Shown here: positions 1 through 15,131 of the stretch, piece by piece | Position numbering within the stretch: position 1 is the stretch's first letter | Layout of the letters: the number at the start of each line of letters is the position of its first letter | Origin: Lingula anatina | Lineage: Eukaryota > Animalia > Brachiopoda | Length of the DNA stretch: 64,000 nucleotides | Direction: 5' to 3' | NCBI GenBank assembly: GCA_051362555.1 | Contig: CM120640.1 | Coordinates: forward strand, 31,205,967-31,269,966 | The notes under the pieces: model-generated | Database searches by the model: none | What the model was told of the DNA's origin: nothing | The model's input: the letters and a program-made list of their open reading frames with translations, nothing else | Position numbers and translations under genes: made by a program

Positions 1-68
1 TGACAAACAGACAGACAGACAAACAAACAAACAGGGGTGAAAACATAACCTCCTTGGTGGAGGTAATA
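1..68 (-). mobile_element. 5' end of a non-autonomous Helentron (HINE/DINE-1-like) element, family ACCTCCGCCAAGG
   Basis: (GACA/CAAA)n microsatellite followed by aaaacataacctccttggtggaggtaataa, the reverse complement of the 5' ends at 38036 and 61204. Confidence 0.75.
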
Positions 69-659
69 AAAGCATAATAGTGCAGTATTTTAAGATTTTT
101 GGCTTAAATATTTGTTACTAACGTTATGTAGACTGCATGTGGCTACACTGTGTTTCACACCTCATTTTATCTCAAAAGCCAGACTCGAGAGCTTCGTAAA
201 AATAATATTATTATCACTTTTTCTGAGAAAATGCTCAATAATGATTTTCTAAAGATACATTTTGTAACTGCATGTTGATAATTTTCTTGTAACTTATTTG
301 TAGCTACATTTGATTATCCAGTATTCAACCTAAAATCTGAGATATTAAATAAAATGAATTCATTAAAAAATCTGCATTTTTTTTCTAATAAAATCAGTCT
401 TAATTTCATCTAGGTAAGCACACATTTAGCACCATCATTACACATGAAAACCTTTGCCTTTATGCTTTACTGGGCTATTAACATTAAAATAATTTTTTTT
501 TACGGAGCAATGGTGCTGTCATATCCTTGGGCCACTGCATCAGGCAAACATAATTTATAGCATCTTATTCATACAAGATGAGCATAGGAATAGAAGATAC
601 ATTATCAACTAGGTGTACATGTGTAAACCACTTAAAAAATGCAATAAAAGAAGCCAAAT

Positions 660-3600
660 TCAAAAGTCCAGTGCTGTTGCATTATTGGCCATTGATCCTT
701 TGTCAGCATCTTGATTTTCAACAAACTTTGGATTCTTAATATCCGTGAAAATTTTGCCTTGAGCTTCCAGCTGAAAAAGAAGAATTTTCTTACATTGTAC
801 ATGCACTGTATCATTTTCACTATAATTGTTGATATATACATATATACATGTTATTGCATAAAATGTATAAGAATATAAGTAAAATGTTGGACTGAATCAC
901 TGGATGTAACTGGATCTTATTGCAACTGCGGGTGTTTGGACATGAAATGTATGCTATCACAATTGTTCACATTATTGTTATGCATGAGCATGGTTTTCAT
1001 GTCATAGTACTGCTACTGGTAGGCCTATTGCCCTGCTAGTGCATGTACCAAGATGTAGCATACAAGACCATGGTTTGGAGGTTAAACCATGTGTTCTCCC
1101 CCCACACTCACATTGGTGGTGCAATGATAAAACATGAATTTTAACACTGTCGGCAGATTTAAAAGAAAATTAATGTGTAATGCCATGAAAATTCTTTTTT
1201 TTTTCAGTAACTTAATTTACCTTTTTTACTTTGTGTGGTTTTCCAATACCAAGCCTACCAAAAAAGAAAAAAAAATTTTAATTAGAATAACAAAAATATT
1301 AAAATAGACTGTTTATGTTACAAATCATATTGTGACTACTTTATCTTTGCAAAATGCACTTCTCTGCTATAAAACCAAATATAAATTGAAAATAAATACA
1401 GTACAGATTTAACCCACAATACATTTAAACCAGATAACCATTAAAGACTATATATGCTTACATTACAATGTGAATGAAAGTCCCTACCCCCAGACAACAC
1501 AGATTAACTGATTCCTTTAATGATTCTAAAATAATGTATTAAAAAAAGAAACAAGTCATCATGATCATATTTCATAGTCAAATTACCACACATGTATTAT
1601 TTATTCTTTTAATATTAAAAAAAAAAAAAAAAAAAAAGAAGCAATTCCTGCACGTACAAAAACAAGTAGATCCAAACTGGGTTCACTTACTTTGGCAACC
1701 CTTTGTTAAGACCTTCCAAAAGTACACATGCCTTGCACACCTCTTGACTAGAAATGTAACCACACCTGGAACAAGTGCCTACAATAAACAAGTACAGGAT
1801 TTTCTATCAATTAACTTTTTTAAAAAATTTGTTCTTTAAAATCTACACACTAGTAATTATCATGAAGAAATAAATAACATGTCACTTTTATAGTGGAGTG
1901 CTATTTGTTAAATTTGTTAAATAACATTTAAATTACATTTTGAATAACAACATTCATTCAGAAACAAATAATTGTATGCTATCTATATATATTTAACAGC
2001 ATTCAAATAGACCTATTCTTTTTTGCAAGATAACATTCAAAATCATACACTTAGTCTTACGGCCTGCTATTTAAAATTAATAAAATGATTTCAATACCAG
2101 GATATTGTAATTTCTGTAAAAACATTATACCTTGAACTGGTAATTTGACTTCCTTCTTCACTGCCATGCATTCTCCAGAATGAATTATGTCTGAAAAATG
2201 ACATTGTTTCTGATAATATTTAGTATTTTCTGGCGTAAATGTCATATCTATAAAGCATGTGCATATCCACAACCAAAGTTATGTTAATCAACTTCAGCTT
2301 CTTATTTTATCTTAAATATCTCAGGAAGATGATTAAAACAATCATACAGTTTTCAATCTAATATATTTACTAACCAATGATAGAACTGGGTCTAATTGCC
2401 TCTAGATCCTTGATGTAAGTTCTTGCATGTCCTCTGTTGAAAAAGAAGTTAATGCTCAATTACTTATTCTTTAAAGATACACTATATGCATTAAAATTTC
2501 CCAAACTCATTTACCTCTTAAGATAATGAGAAAATTAATTCTAATACTAGATCTTACTTTGAAATGGAGAAATGAGTGGGTTTTGAGGTTAATATGGGTG
2601 TTAGTGCTAAAGATCTGCAGGGAAGTGTTAGTAAATGCCTAATCCATTTATAAGGCCTGATAGCATCATCTGTGATGCTTCAATGTACTGTACATGTATG
2701 CTATCTTAGCATCACTCTGAGCGTCCATTGGCCAGTTTCAAAGATGCCTTCCAGCGTAAAGAGGTATAAACTTTCTTATTTTCAACAGTAAATAAAGAAG
2801 TACATTTGCATGAAAGGGTTGAAAAACTCTTATGGAGCCTAACTTACCTGTATGCATTTGGTGAGTAAATGCATTCTGTTGAAAAATAGTCCAACTTTTT
2901 AAAATATGCATACCTACAAAATAAAACAGCACAATAAAATCAGAACAGACATACAAAAAGGAAATCTCTTTTATTAGAAAATATTTACACATCTAAATCT
3001 TTCAGGCAATAGAAACAAGACAGCAAAGCTGCCAAAGGATGAGTGCTAATAAGAGGGTAAAAGTGGCCACCTTTGCACATGAAAAATAAATTGTAAATTA
3101 ATGAAATAAAAAATACCGGTGAAACTAAAATTAATGAGAGAAGAGTTTCATTAGCTCTGTATGTATCAATTTAAATTATTGTTTTTCTTTTTATCAAGAG
3201 CTTATAAAATATTAGGGGCAATTGACCTGGATTTTCATTCCAGGTGAAATGACTCTAGTCATTTACTCCCTGATGATGGTGACTGACAGTCACAGAAATA
3301 TTGGAGGTAAAACCTACATATTTTATAAGCTCTTGATAAAAAGAAAAACAATAATTTAAACTAAAATTAAGTTCTTACACATTTATAATCCACTGTAAAA
3401 AAAAAATTAATTTTGAAATATCAAGAATTAATGTCAAAATGACCTTGTCAAATATTTGTGAAAATGTGTTTTTTAGGGGAGTTCTGAAATACATTGCTAC
3501 ATTTCTATAGTTGTAGTAAGGTGACAACTGTGAAATTTTGTAATTGGGTAGAGAAGGTGCCAGTTTAAAAATGAAAGGCAATAAGTGGTCAATCATTGCT

Positions 3601-6600
3601 TGTGATCAATATTTTGATTGCTTTATTCTTACATGTAGTGTTGATTGAAAGAAAAATCTCACAATGACTTGAGGAAAAAAGATGTTCATTTTCTATATGT
3701 TCATAAATGTTTATTTTTTATATTCATGTGTGTGAACAAACAAGCAAATTGGATTTTTCACCAGAAATTCGAATTTGAAAAATCCGGATTTTTGAGATGG
3801 CAGTGTGAACGGGGTATAAGAGTTCATGTTAGCATAAGCTTTCTTATTTTCAGTAAAATAGCCAAGAAATGTATTAATTCCCTAGAAAGATAACTCAAAA
3901 GCAGTCTATATTCTGTCCTGGGAAATGGGGGGGGGGGGTCTTGAGGGAGAACTGTCTTGGTGAATTGTCCGATGGGAAATTGTCATAAAATCATTTTTAA
4001 GCAACAATGAGAGAACTATTTGCAACATTTTAAGAAATAATGAATTAATTCTTTCTAATAATTGTCTTAATAAATATCATTCATGGCGATTAGCAAATTT
4101 TCATTTAAAAACTCACATGACTATTTCTTTTTCATATGTGTATTTGAATGGCTTGCATCTTGGCAAGGCTCCATCTGCACCCTGAAAAATGTTTAAAAAC
4201 ATGTTATTACCACTGCAACATTTCACTGTCTACATGTCCAAAGACACCTTCATTAGGGAACGAGGCTACAAGTGTAATTTACACATGCACCAGCTAGCCT
4301 CTATCCTACATGTGCAGGAATGGCAAAAAGAGGTCATAAGGAGAGTGGCTTTGTTTTTTCTGTTGAAAAGGGTGAAGCCTACTTTATTGTAAACAGTGAT
4401 AATATTGTATTCTGAAATGTGTGCTGTTAGCATTCAGAAACACCATTACTGTAAGATGACAGCTATAATTTAAAAACAAAATGAAATTTTATTGAAATAT
4501 GATTAGAATTCTATAGAGTATCTCATACAAATGAGAGGTACATGTATGTCATACAAGAACTCCAATTTTGTGAGAGCACATGCACAGTATTTGTTGTGTC
4601 CAAAATAAAGATCATAAAGATATTTTATGAAATCATATTTTCGTAACATGTTTTCGTTCAAGAGTTTTTGAGTAACAGGGTGGCTGCTTTGTATAATACT
4701 GATGCACTTCATGGTTCCTGTCAAAAACTGAAAGTGCACATGCACTCTAGCATAAATGGAAATCTTGTATGGCCTTGAGCAAATATTTTCATTTGCAAAT
4801 GCAAGCTCATGGTAAGCTAAGTGTTTTTAGCTTGTGTTCAATGATTATTATAAATGCTTGCATGAACTGGTTTGTTTAGAAATGAAGATATTAGAATGTC
4901 TTTTCATCCAAACAGTTTATAATCAATTAGAAGATTGTTGAAAAGATAAATTAGTACCAGTAGGATTATGTTACAGGCCCAATATAATTAGCATATGCTT
5001 TTGAATAATTCTTAATGTGATAGTAAAAATTGAGGAAATCGAGGATAAATGAGGATCATTGTATGAAAACATGCACGCTAGCATCTAATCATCAAAGAAT
5101 GAGGCAACTCATGAATACTTATTACTTACTGTTGTAATTGCTGTGCATCGCTTAAGCCTAGCTATGTCACCTCGTAATACTGAAAGAATGCAACAAACCT
5201 CAAAAGTAAGTTTTTAAATTTTTTTTTATAAAATAGTTAAGATTGGTTAAATTTTTTTAAATATAATAATAAAAACTAGTAAGTGATTTAGTTCCATGGG
5301 ATATAAAAGTCAATGAAAATGCTAATTCAGTTGGTAAATCCACCATTTTGGAAATACAAGCTTATGTACTTCATGTAGTTCCTACATGCACATATATCCC
5401 TGTATTGAATCTCAAAATTGTCAATTAACAGGCATTTTCTATGGCAGAAATGAATACTAAACACACATGACAACATTCGTATGCAGGTTGAACCCTGTGT
5501 AAAATACAAATATGTGATTACATAATATCTCAAATAGGGAGAAAGGAGAACATCCACACCATTGACCAGATCAGGCCCGTAGCCAGGGGGGGTGCGGGGG
5601 GTTCAAAAGAACCGCCCCTTTTGCTGGGAAAAGGTCCACTCTGGGTAAAATTTGATCTAGGTACAAGAAGCTTTTATGGGGAAAAGGTCCACTTTTTCAG
5701 AAAAAGAACCCCCCTTTTGAAATTGCTGGCTACAGGCCTGCAGATCAATATTCAAATGCCACTGCAACAGAGAGCAATATGCAGCAACAATTTATATACA
5801 AAATTTGAAAATGACAAAGAATCTAGATCAAATTTTGGTCCAGAGTGGACCTTTTTTTCCAGAGAACAGGGCTGTTTATTCCAATCCCTGCACCCCAACA
5901 TCCCACCCTGCCCCAGCCACCCAACAGCTACAGGTCTGGATATCTAATGAAATGGCACAGAAGACTGGCACAAAAGTGCATGAATCACTTACCAGTATAC
6001 CCAGATTTCAAAATAACAATATAACCATTCATGTGCCACAGAATACGTGATTCTTGCAAAATAACTGTCAATATTTTAAAGCTTTAATGTAACATACTTA
6101 CTGTTCATGATAACAGTTTCAGCAATATCATCAGCATTATGTCCAGTCACAATCTTGTCAACTTTCAATAACATTGCACCCCTGTCTAATGCCTGTCGAC
6201 GGAATACACCACAAAAGGTACCTTTAATAAAGCAAAAAAACAAACGATGCACCTAATTTTGTCAATAGTGATGCAACATTACATAATGCTTAACAGAAAA
6301 ATCAACACCAAATTTAAAGTATACACACAGGTAACTGGATGTTAAGAATATTTTAGAAGCAGGCCCATGAGAGTCAAAGTAAAATTATATGAAAATGTCA
6401 ATATATGAAAAATTAACATTTAACACAAACAAATTGAAAAAACTAATACAATTGGGCTGGTTTTCCAATTCAAGCTGTATTTGTCTTAAAAATCATTTTT
6501 TAGTTTGAAAATTATAGGGACTCTTGTCAATTATAGAGCAATAAAATCACCAATTTATTAAAATATACTTTATCTTTCATGGACATTCAGAAAATGTAAC

Positions 6601-9600
6601 TAGCTACAGCTTTAAATCCTAAGTCATACATTAAAATGCCAATATGTGATAAATGAAATATTCACAAAAGTCCATGTTACAATAAATAAAAACAAAATTT
6701 TATTCCTTTCAGGCTGGTTTTCAAACTCTGCATTTAGAAATATTCATCAAACTAATATCCCTTAATGTTTGAAAACAACAGGTCTACCAATTTTTAAAGT
6801 AAAGTGCCATTGTATAAAATGGTATAATATATGCTGAAAAAAGCACAAAACAATTAAGAAACTTAAAGAGACACTTTTTATTATTCTGAAATTATGTATC
6901 TGAAAGATTGATCACTTTTGCCCACTGAAAAGACTGAATAATTACTGACCATAGTCATCACTACATTCAAACACAGAACGTGTACTTACAATTATTTTTT
7001 AGACCAACTTGTTTAACAATGTCATCCATTGTCCATCCGTAGAGTTCCTATTGAAGAAATAGGCATTATTTAGATAACAATTCTAAATATTTGGGGTATA
7101 CTGGCAAATCAAACTCAATATTACATTTTATTGTAATACCAAATGCAAAACAAACATTTATGCATTACAAATGTTTAATACATTAATTTAAAGTGAAGAT
7201 GGACGAGTTATCCTTACACTTAAAACCATGCAAATTAATGCTGTAATGGTTAACTGAAGCATACTTGGACACAAACCTTATATGAGATTATTTTTAAGGG
7301 AAGCTCATATTGTTGCTGGTTTCTCTTGACAGTCTGGAAGAGGATTTAAAAAGTTATAGAATAAACAATGAAACTTGCTTCACTATCTAATGAAGATAAA
7401 AACTGATCCAACCCAAACAGAGGGGCCCATACACATATTCACACCAAGTAAACTCTAATATGGATGACTTAAAGAATTATCAACAATCACTGTGTGTTTT
7501 TTAAAAATACGTACAACAGGTAGCATGAACATCCATAAAATCTACCATCTTGGGTCCATGAGGATTCCAAATCACATATTAATAATGCCAACATGTGAAA
7601 ACTTAAAAAAATTCCCCACAAAATCTGCATTTCTTAAGAAAATGCATCCCACTGTCCAGGTCGAAATAAATAGCGATAAAAATCAGTTATGTAAGATGGA
7701 GAATAATGAAAACAGTTTTTCTTTCATGGTGTTTACAATGAGGTGATTAAATGCAATATTGCATAATCCGTATTAGCATAACCACAAACAATGTTAACTG
7801 TGCACTCAAGGTAAGATGGGCATTAAAAAAACATTACTAGCATAATATTACTACATGTACATAATAGTAACAGAGTAAATTGATGAATCAATTCAATCAA
7901 TACAATCCAAAATAAACAAAACACATATAATTTGACATTACATCTTGATTAAAATTATCATATTTGGTCAAGACATTCGTATGTACTCATTAAAATTTTC
8001 ACCTTCAGACTAACAAAAAGTGCCAATGTATCCTCTATTATGCATACTACAATATACAAGTTAATACTAAAATAAAATAAGATTTATAAAGTTTTATGGG
8101 GGGAGTCAAAATTTCATGGGGGGGGGGTCAAATTTTCATTATGAAAATTTGACTGGGGAGTCACATTTTGGGGGAGTCATGGTACACCGCATTTCACATT
8201 TTATTTTCACAACCACATTGTACCTTTTGATATAGCACAACTCGTAAACCGTATGGAAAACAAAAAACAGACACCACCTCCAGTGTTGGGCTTGACAAAT
8301 TGCAAAAAACAAGAGGTCTCTAGCATTTTCAGTTTTGGCATCTTATGGACGCTACTCCCATGAAAATACACAATTGACCCCAAACTCACGAAGATGAAAG
8401 ATGACCCTAAGGGTAACACCTGCCCATATTATTATAGGTAAGGTCTGTGTAGTTTCTGAAACTCAGCAGAAATAATTTTTTTTCTGCAAAAAATTCCTAT
8501 TTTTAGAAAATATTTGAAGGGCATATTTGAAATCTCCACATATGGTTTTTCGGTCAGCCATCTGTAGAATTTTTTCCCATAATTCCTTCGGTTTGGGAAA
8601 TATTTAGCATTTAATTTTGCAAATTTTGGACAAGGGTGCATTGCAACAAGTGCCACCTCTAGACCCCAGCACCGACAAAGCCCAAAATTTATGTGGATCA
8701 CAGGCTCTTGTAGTCTAGGAGGAGAAGCGGTAACAGTGAGTTGGTGGCACAGCTGGCAGAACATGTGGGTGGGACTAAAACCATGTGTACCGCCAAGCCT
8801 ATGCTGGTGGTACAATTAACATTCACTTCAAAACTTAAAACCTAACCTCAAGTGAGTCATCTCGATAGCCAGTAATCCCTTCATCAACGGATAGCAAAAT
8901 GAGATCCAGTTTGTAGTGATATCTCTCATTTAATGTTTTTAATGTATATGCCAGTACTGTGGAATCTGAAAAAAAAGAAGATAATTAAAATGGGATGTTG
9001 GTCTGCCTTTGCAAAAACATTTTATTTTCAATCAAGTGACATTTCTGAAGAAAGTGAGCATTTCTACCTTTAATATCAATTCGCGTGCATCTAGTAGTAT
9101 TTCCTACTTGCATTTACAGCATACAGTGGCTTTATTTTGTGTGAATGTCAAGACTTGATTATCTGAAACTGAGTGGGGACTAAGAGAAAACGAACAAAGG
9201 ACACATCAGTTACTGAGATAAGTGAATTTTGAAAAGTATAAAATTTTTTTCAATTGCAAGTAAACGTACATGGCATACAGCCAAAACAGAAATTGCCTGA
9301 ACAGTGTGTGTATTTGTGCATGCACATGTGTGTGCGTGCCTGCAGGCGTCCCTTCGGCGTCCCTTCTGCGTCCAGCAGTTCGGCCCCATTTGAGAGTTAA
9401 AGAATTATAATACTTTACGTGCCGACAACTGGCCAATCATTGAGCATTCATTCTGATACCAAATCAATGCTCGTGCCTCCTTATTAAGACCACAGCCATG
9501 TCAAATTTCATGGTCGCAGAAAGGACGCAGAAAGGACGCCGTCCAGTGTAAAGGGGGTATAAGGAGACAGTGTGACCAAACAGGTGGGGTAACCCCAGTG

Positions 9601-10657
9601 ACCTTCCTCCCAAAACCTGCGTTGAAGTTCAAGGGGAGAACAAGATCTTTCAGAAGGGAAAATGCTAGCAATGTGCTGGACATAGACGATTGTCAAAGCA
9701 TGAGGATGATTGTCAGTGAACATTACTAGTCCTCTCTGACAAGTGTCAATTTTGATAGGAAATCGTGGTGGGACTATTTTTCACCATTTCTCCGTCTGTT
9801 ACTATTTTCTGTCAATCTTGTTAAGTCATCATTTTTTCTCACTTCTGTTATAGGTTACCCACTCTTAGAATACTCTTTGTCACATCAACCACAAGTAGCT
9901 ATGCTGCAATATGGTTGACATATACATACATTTTACTAGAGTTTAACGTGGTACCACTCTAAGAAAATAAGGTTCTTACAGTGGAAAGAGGGATGTAAAC
10001 ACTGGAACATGGCTCCAAAGCAAAAGACCACAGATAAACCCACTACTTATGAGGCAAAATGATTGAGGAGTTTTAAAAGGGAAAGGAGAGATTGGTTTAT
10101 TTATTGTTATCATTTTCATCTTTATTTCCAAGAGATCCAGTTTGTATATAGTTATATATAAGTTATCACTTTCATCTTTATTTCCAAGATGTTCTTATGT
10201 TTGTTCAGATTGTGTTAGATGAGAAACTGCTAACACTGCTCAATTAGGTAACTGCTCTTACTCTGTTGGCTCAAAAAAGACAGCGTAATTTAAATACTCC
10301 TTGGACACTGTAGATTTGGAAATTCAGGGTTTTGTTTGCGATGTTTTTCATCCATCCCTCAAAGAAGATGCTGACAGTCTGCACAAATGACAACACATCT
10401 GGTGAGGATACCATCCTACAGTCTGTAGTTTGACGGATATGACACATGTTGATGCTTGTTGCTGTTGCCTTAATGTACAATACCACTGCATGATCTTAAA
10501 GACAGACAGTTCCTTGAATGATTGCAATGTGAACACCAACATCCTCAAAAGTTACCAAACTCTCCCCTAAGCCTTAGGACAAGGCATTATGCCACCCTTA
10601 AAATATACTGGACAAAATAGACATGTAACCACAAACACCAGTGAGTGGGCCATAGGA

Positions 10658-10703
<46 letters not shown>

Positions 10704-13700
10704 TGCCATTCTCTTCAGCACTGTTATACAGGACACAACTCTTAACTGCATACTGAACATAATTTTGTCCACTTCTGCTACTTGTCCACTTCTGCTTAAT
10801 GACCACTGATATAGTCAGCGGTATCAAAGATTTGTGACATTTACCACAGTGAACTTTGACATAATAATTACATTTCTTATTTCCATTATATACCTCCATG
10901 TTTTTTTTTGTTTTTTTTTAGAAAAGTGAGTATAATGTCACTTCCATCATACAAAACAGTTTAAATGTTGACCTTCAAATCCTGAACTCTTTTGTTCAAG
11001 TGAAAGGGAACATATTTTAATAGCAGTACAGCAAAGTATAATCTGTCTGAGCAACTTATCTTTTTTTACATTATCTGTTTTTTCTCACTAACCTTTTCCA
11101 CCAGAGGCTCCTATTGCCACAACTTCACCAGGGGAGAAAAGGTTTGCATCTATTATGGTCTTGTGAACTTCTTCCTCAAATGCCCAAAAGAAGCAGTCCT
11201 TACACAGAGCATCTCCCTGCAAAAATAAAGTTCTGTGGATAAAATTAAGCATTTACAATATGTAATACATAAAAAAACATCTGTCAGATGACCTACTAGT
11301 AAGTGGACATCTTAATATAACTAAGCCAAAGTTGAAGCCAGTCCATCATGTTGTTTTTTTCAATCAAGGAAAAATGCTGTACTCTAGTCAACCCAATCCT
11401 ACACTTCGCTTTTAAATTTCAGTATTTAAATTACATACAAATATTTTTAGCTCATAATAACATACACATTAAAACCTCAGGGACAGAGGGCATCCCAGCT
11501 ATGTATTTATGCTTCATGAAGTTTTCTGTATTAGATAAATAAGGTAATGACTATCTTTTAAATGGGCAAAAATATATAACTTTCAGATACATCAATTTAA
11601 AATCATAAAAATTATATTTTTCTATAGAATTTGTGGTGCTTGTAATGCAGAGAATAGAACAATAAGGTAATCTGCTTTTTAATTTTGTTGCAAACACTAA
11701 ATAAGAATGCTCTTATTTTAAGAAATTATGACTTAAAAAATACAGGATCTGTAAAATTCACAATTTTCCCCCCATTGAAAAGATCAAGTCATTACTGTAA
11801 TCACTTGTCATTCTGATCCTCAGTGATTTCATCATAAAAAATAATTTATTTATTCATTCTATCAAAAACATTTAAAAAATGACTATCCATACTAGTAGAA
11901 GTAGTCTAGTATTCAGTGGCGGATTTAGAGGGGGGTGGGGTCAGGGGGGTCCTGACTCAGCTTCGCATCCGCAGACCCCCCCCTCCCCTTCAAATAATCC
12001 TGGATCCGCCCCTGGTATTTATTTCAAGGAAAACATATAATACCATAAAGTCTGCAATGAACATAAGTTTCCTTAAGCTTTATTTTCACACATTTATAAC
12101 ATCCTTTTTTTTAACATATCAATAAATTCACATTTTGAGGTATTTATATATGACATATTGTTGTGTTGATATAATGTGTTGGTGGCAGCAGCTGGGCACC
12201 TCCCCCCACTTTCACATTCAGTCAGTTTTTAGGTGTACATCTTTTCCAATATCTAAACTAGTCTTCGATTTCAAGGTTGATGGGTTCCAGTTGGTATCAG
12301 AGTGCAATGCAGTATTTTCCTGACAGATGCAGACAAATTAGTAGGAGCAAAGCAGATGTCAATTACCTGGTATAACACAAGAGAAAGATCTTTTTTAGAC
12401 TTCACAAATCGTGTTATACCCTGACACTAGCATCTTGCTAATTGGAATATAATTATAATGTGTTAGTCTTGGTACTTGGAAGATATTAGGTCCACCTGAA
12501 CTTATTTTGACTTCAATGGTACAGCCTTCTTTATTATTAGTGGAACTGATATTAATTAAGCCATGGCTAGCAAATAGAACAAGACTCAGCTGACTGTATT
12601 CAAGATTCAGGTACGTTACCTTCTAGAACATCCCATGCCTCACTGCACTACTGTTACATAGATTTACCATAAACAATACTTATTCCCACTTGGGGTCCCG
12701 TATCTGAATATTAGGCGATGGCCCCAACTTATGAAAAAAGCTTAAATGAAGACCAAGTTAGGTTGTTGCTTTTTCTTCAAGTTTTAGTACTATAATACAG
12801 TAATTACTCAAACCACACTTTAGGCTAAACAGAAAACTCACCTTTTATGTTCTCAAGTTGTAACTTAAAATTTCTTATATATGTGCAACAAGCTACTTCA
12901 AGAACAACATGTGAAAAAAAGTGAGTAGAAATTTTAAACTTTCAGAGCTAATTTCAGCCTTCTTTTATATGGCAATTCTTCATTTGGGAAAGCACATGGA
13001 ATGTCAAGGTTTAATAATTTTCATCACATGGAGTCTAAGAAGTAGTGTTTTCTGATTAGTTTTCCACTGTCAACCTTGCTGGAATTACACCTGATGTATC
13101 CCTACCACTACTTTGTGTCTGTGTTGGTATACCATTTGCTACATTTTTTTATTAAATTCTGAATGATATATGAGTAATATTCAATTCTCTTGGGCAGTTC
13201 TTCTTTTGCATTTGTATCAAAAGGTGGTAACTCAGGCAAAAATGACTTTTTTCTTATATTCATGTGTTTTGACTAAAAACAATATTATAAGAGTAAAAAA
13301 CATTGAAATGTAAATATGGAGCAAGCGCAGATTCCCTGTTACACATAAAAATCACCACTACCAGTTTCTTATTGGATTAAAATAAGTCAACATGCCAAAG
13401 GATCAACCAAATTAATCACTCGGTCAGCATAAAAAAGCTTTAAAACTGCATCTTCTTCAAATTTCTGGCTGTAAATTTGACCTATGTATCCCACCTCCAG
13501 TTTGTTAAAATTCCCTAAATGATGCAATATGTATACATTACTGCTTCACATACAATAAATAGAATAATTATTCAAATGGTCGTTGGCAGAAAATGAAAGC
13601 AGAAAATATTCTTTCAAATATTATTTTTCAAGAAATATAAAATTACATCCTTTGTTATCTCTCACAGTTATGCTATTAGGAACTATATGGTGGCATATGA

Positions 13701-14929
13701 TCAAGTTTAGTCACAATGATTTGACTTGCCAACTTGCTCACATACATCTGTAAGGTATCCTATCCATGGTTTCTCATGAAATGGAATCTTTCTAAAAAAA
13801 ATCCTATCAAGAGTCATTGCTTTACCTGTCATGGTTTGATTCTTTTTTCATCATATGAATTAATTCTTAAGATATAGTTCCAAATCACAGGACCCTCACT
13901 ATGACCACCGTGTGTTCTTTTACATTTCAGGATGATATCAACATCCAAGTACTTTTATTTCAGGGGCTTTATCAATTTTCAGTTTGGAATTGGGAAGAAT
14001 AACTAGTTTTGCAGTATATAAAGACACAAAAAATAAGACTTTGGGAATCTTCAAATGCAACAAAAAATGATTTAAATTACCACAGTTAAAGTAACACAAT
14101 CAATTTTAAGCATCCAATCCTGGTACACATACACAGAGTATGCTCAAGGTATCCATTCTTCAAAAAAGTACACTTCTTCTAAATAGCCTAGCACGCTGAG
14201 ATATATAGCCATAACTATCAAAGCACTGACAGGTGCTCCTACTTTGTTACTGCCCGATTCTATGCAAAAAAAGATCAATAAAGCAGAGAAATGGCCAATG
14301 AATACTAATGAACTACTTGGGCCCATTTTTATTACCCATTTAGTTGAAGGTATGAATTTGCAAGGCACTTACAGAGACACTTGAGTTTTTTTAAACTAAA
14401 TTTTGGGGAAAAAATCAAAAACATTGCACTTTATGAAAGTATATTATAAAAGTTTGAAAAAAATATCTTCAAGTAATTTTTTCTAAACATCTTGCAGGGA
14501 TATTTTTCTCAACTCACACCTAAAAAGAGACAAAAGGCCTCAAACAAAATACCAAATGTCAATAATTTCTTCTGAAATGTCAGAAAGATCATTGCAGTCT
14601 AAATGAGTCTGTAACTAAGTTATTTAATTACAAATAGTGTAAAACATTCGATCCAAGTGCAAGGATGGGTTGAGTAGGAGAAATTTTTTCTCTTCTTCTC
14701 AAAGAAAAGTACGTTTGACATAAAAATCCTGCACAGGATTTTAAAAATCCAAGCTTAAGTAATGCAGTTAATATGGCTGCACAAAAAATGGCAAAAATAT
14801 AAACAAAATCAAAGAAATAAAACCAAAATAAAAATGTATCAAATGCTAAAAATTGAAAAAAAAAAGTAAAATGCATGTTGTTTTATAACACACACAAATA
14901 TTACTTTCATAATTCATTTTTCTTTGTGA

Positions 14930-14989
<60 letters not shown>

Positions 14990-15083
14990 ATCAGACAATT
15001 TGACCAAATAACAAGAAGAATTTCTGTCTTAATGTGTTGGTTCCCAAGTCACTGATAACACTTTCAATAATTCAACTCAAATG

Positions 15084-15131
<48 letters not shown>

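Noticed and set aside
10567-10899. ORFs containing YIYIYI, CVCVCV or poly-G/P runs (also at 28485, 29088, 31474, 32816, 35938, 39886, 57111, 60954)
   Set aside because: Translations of microsatellites and MITEs, not genes.
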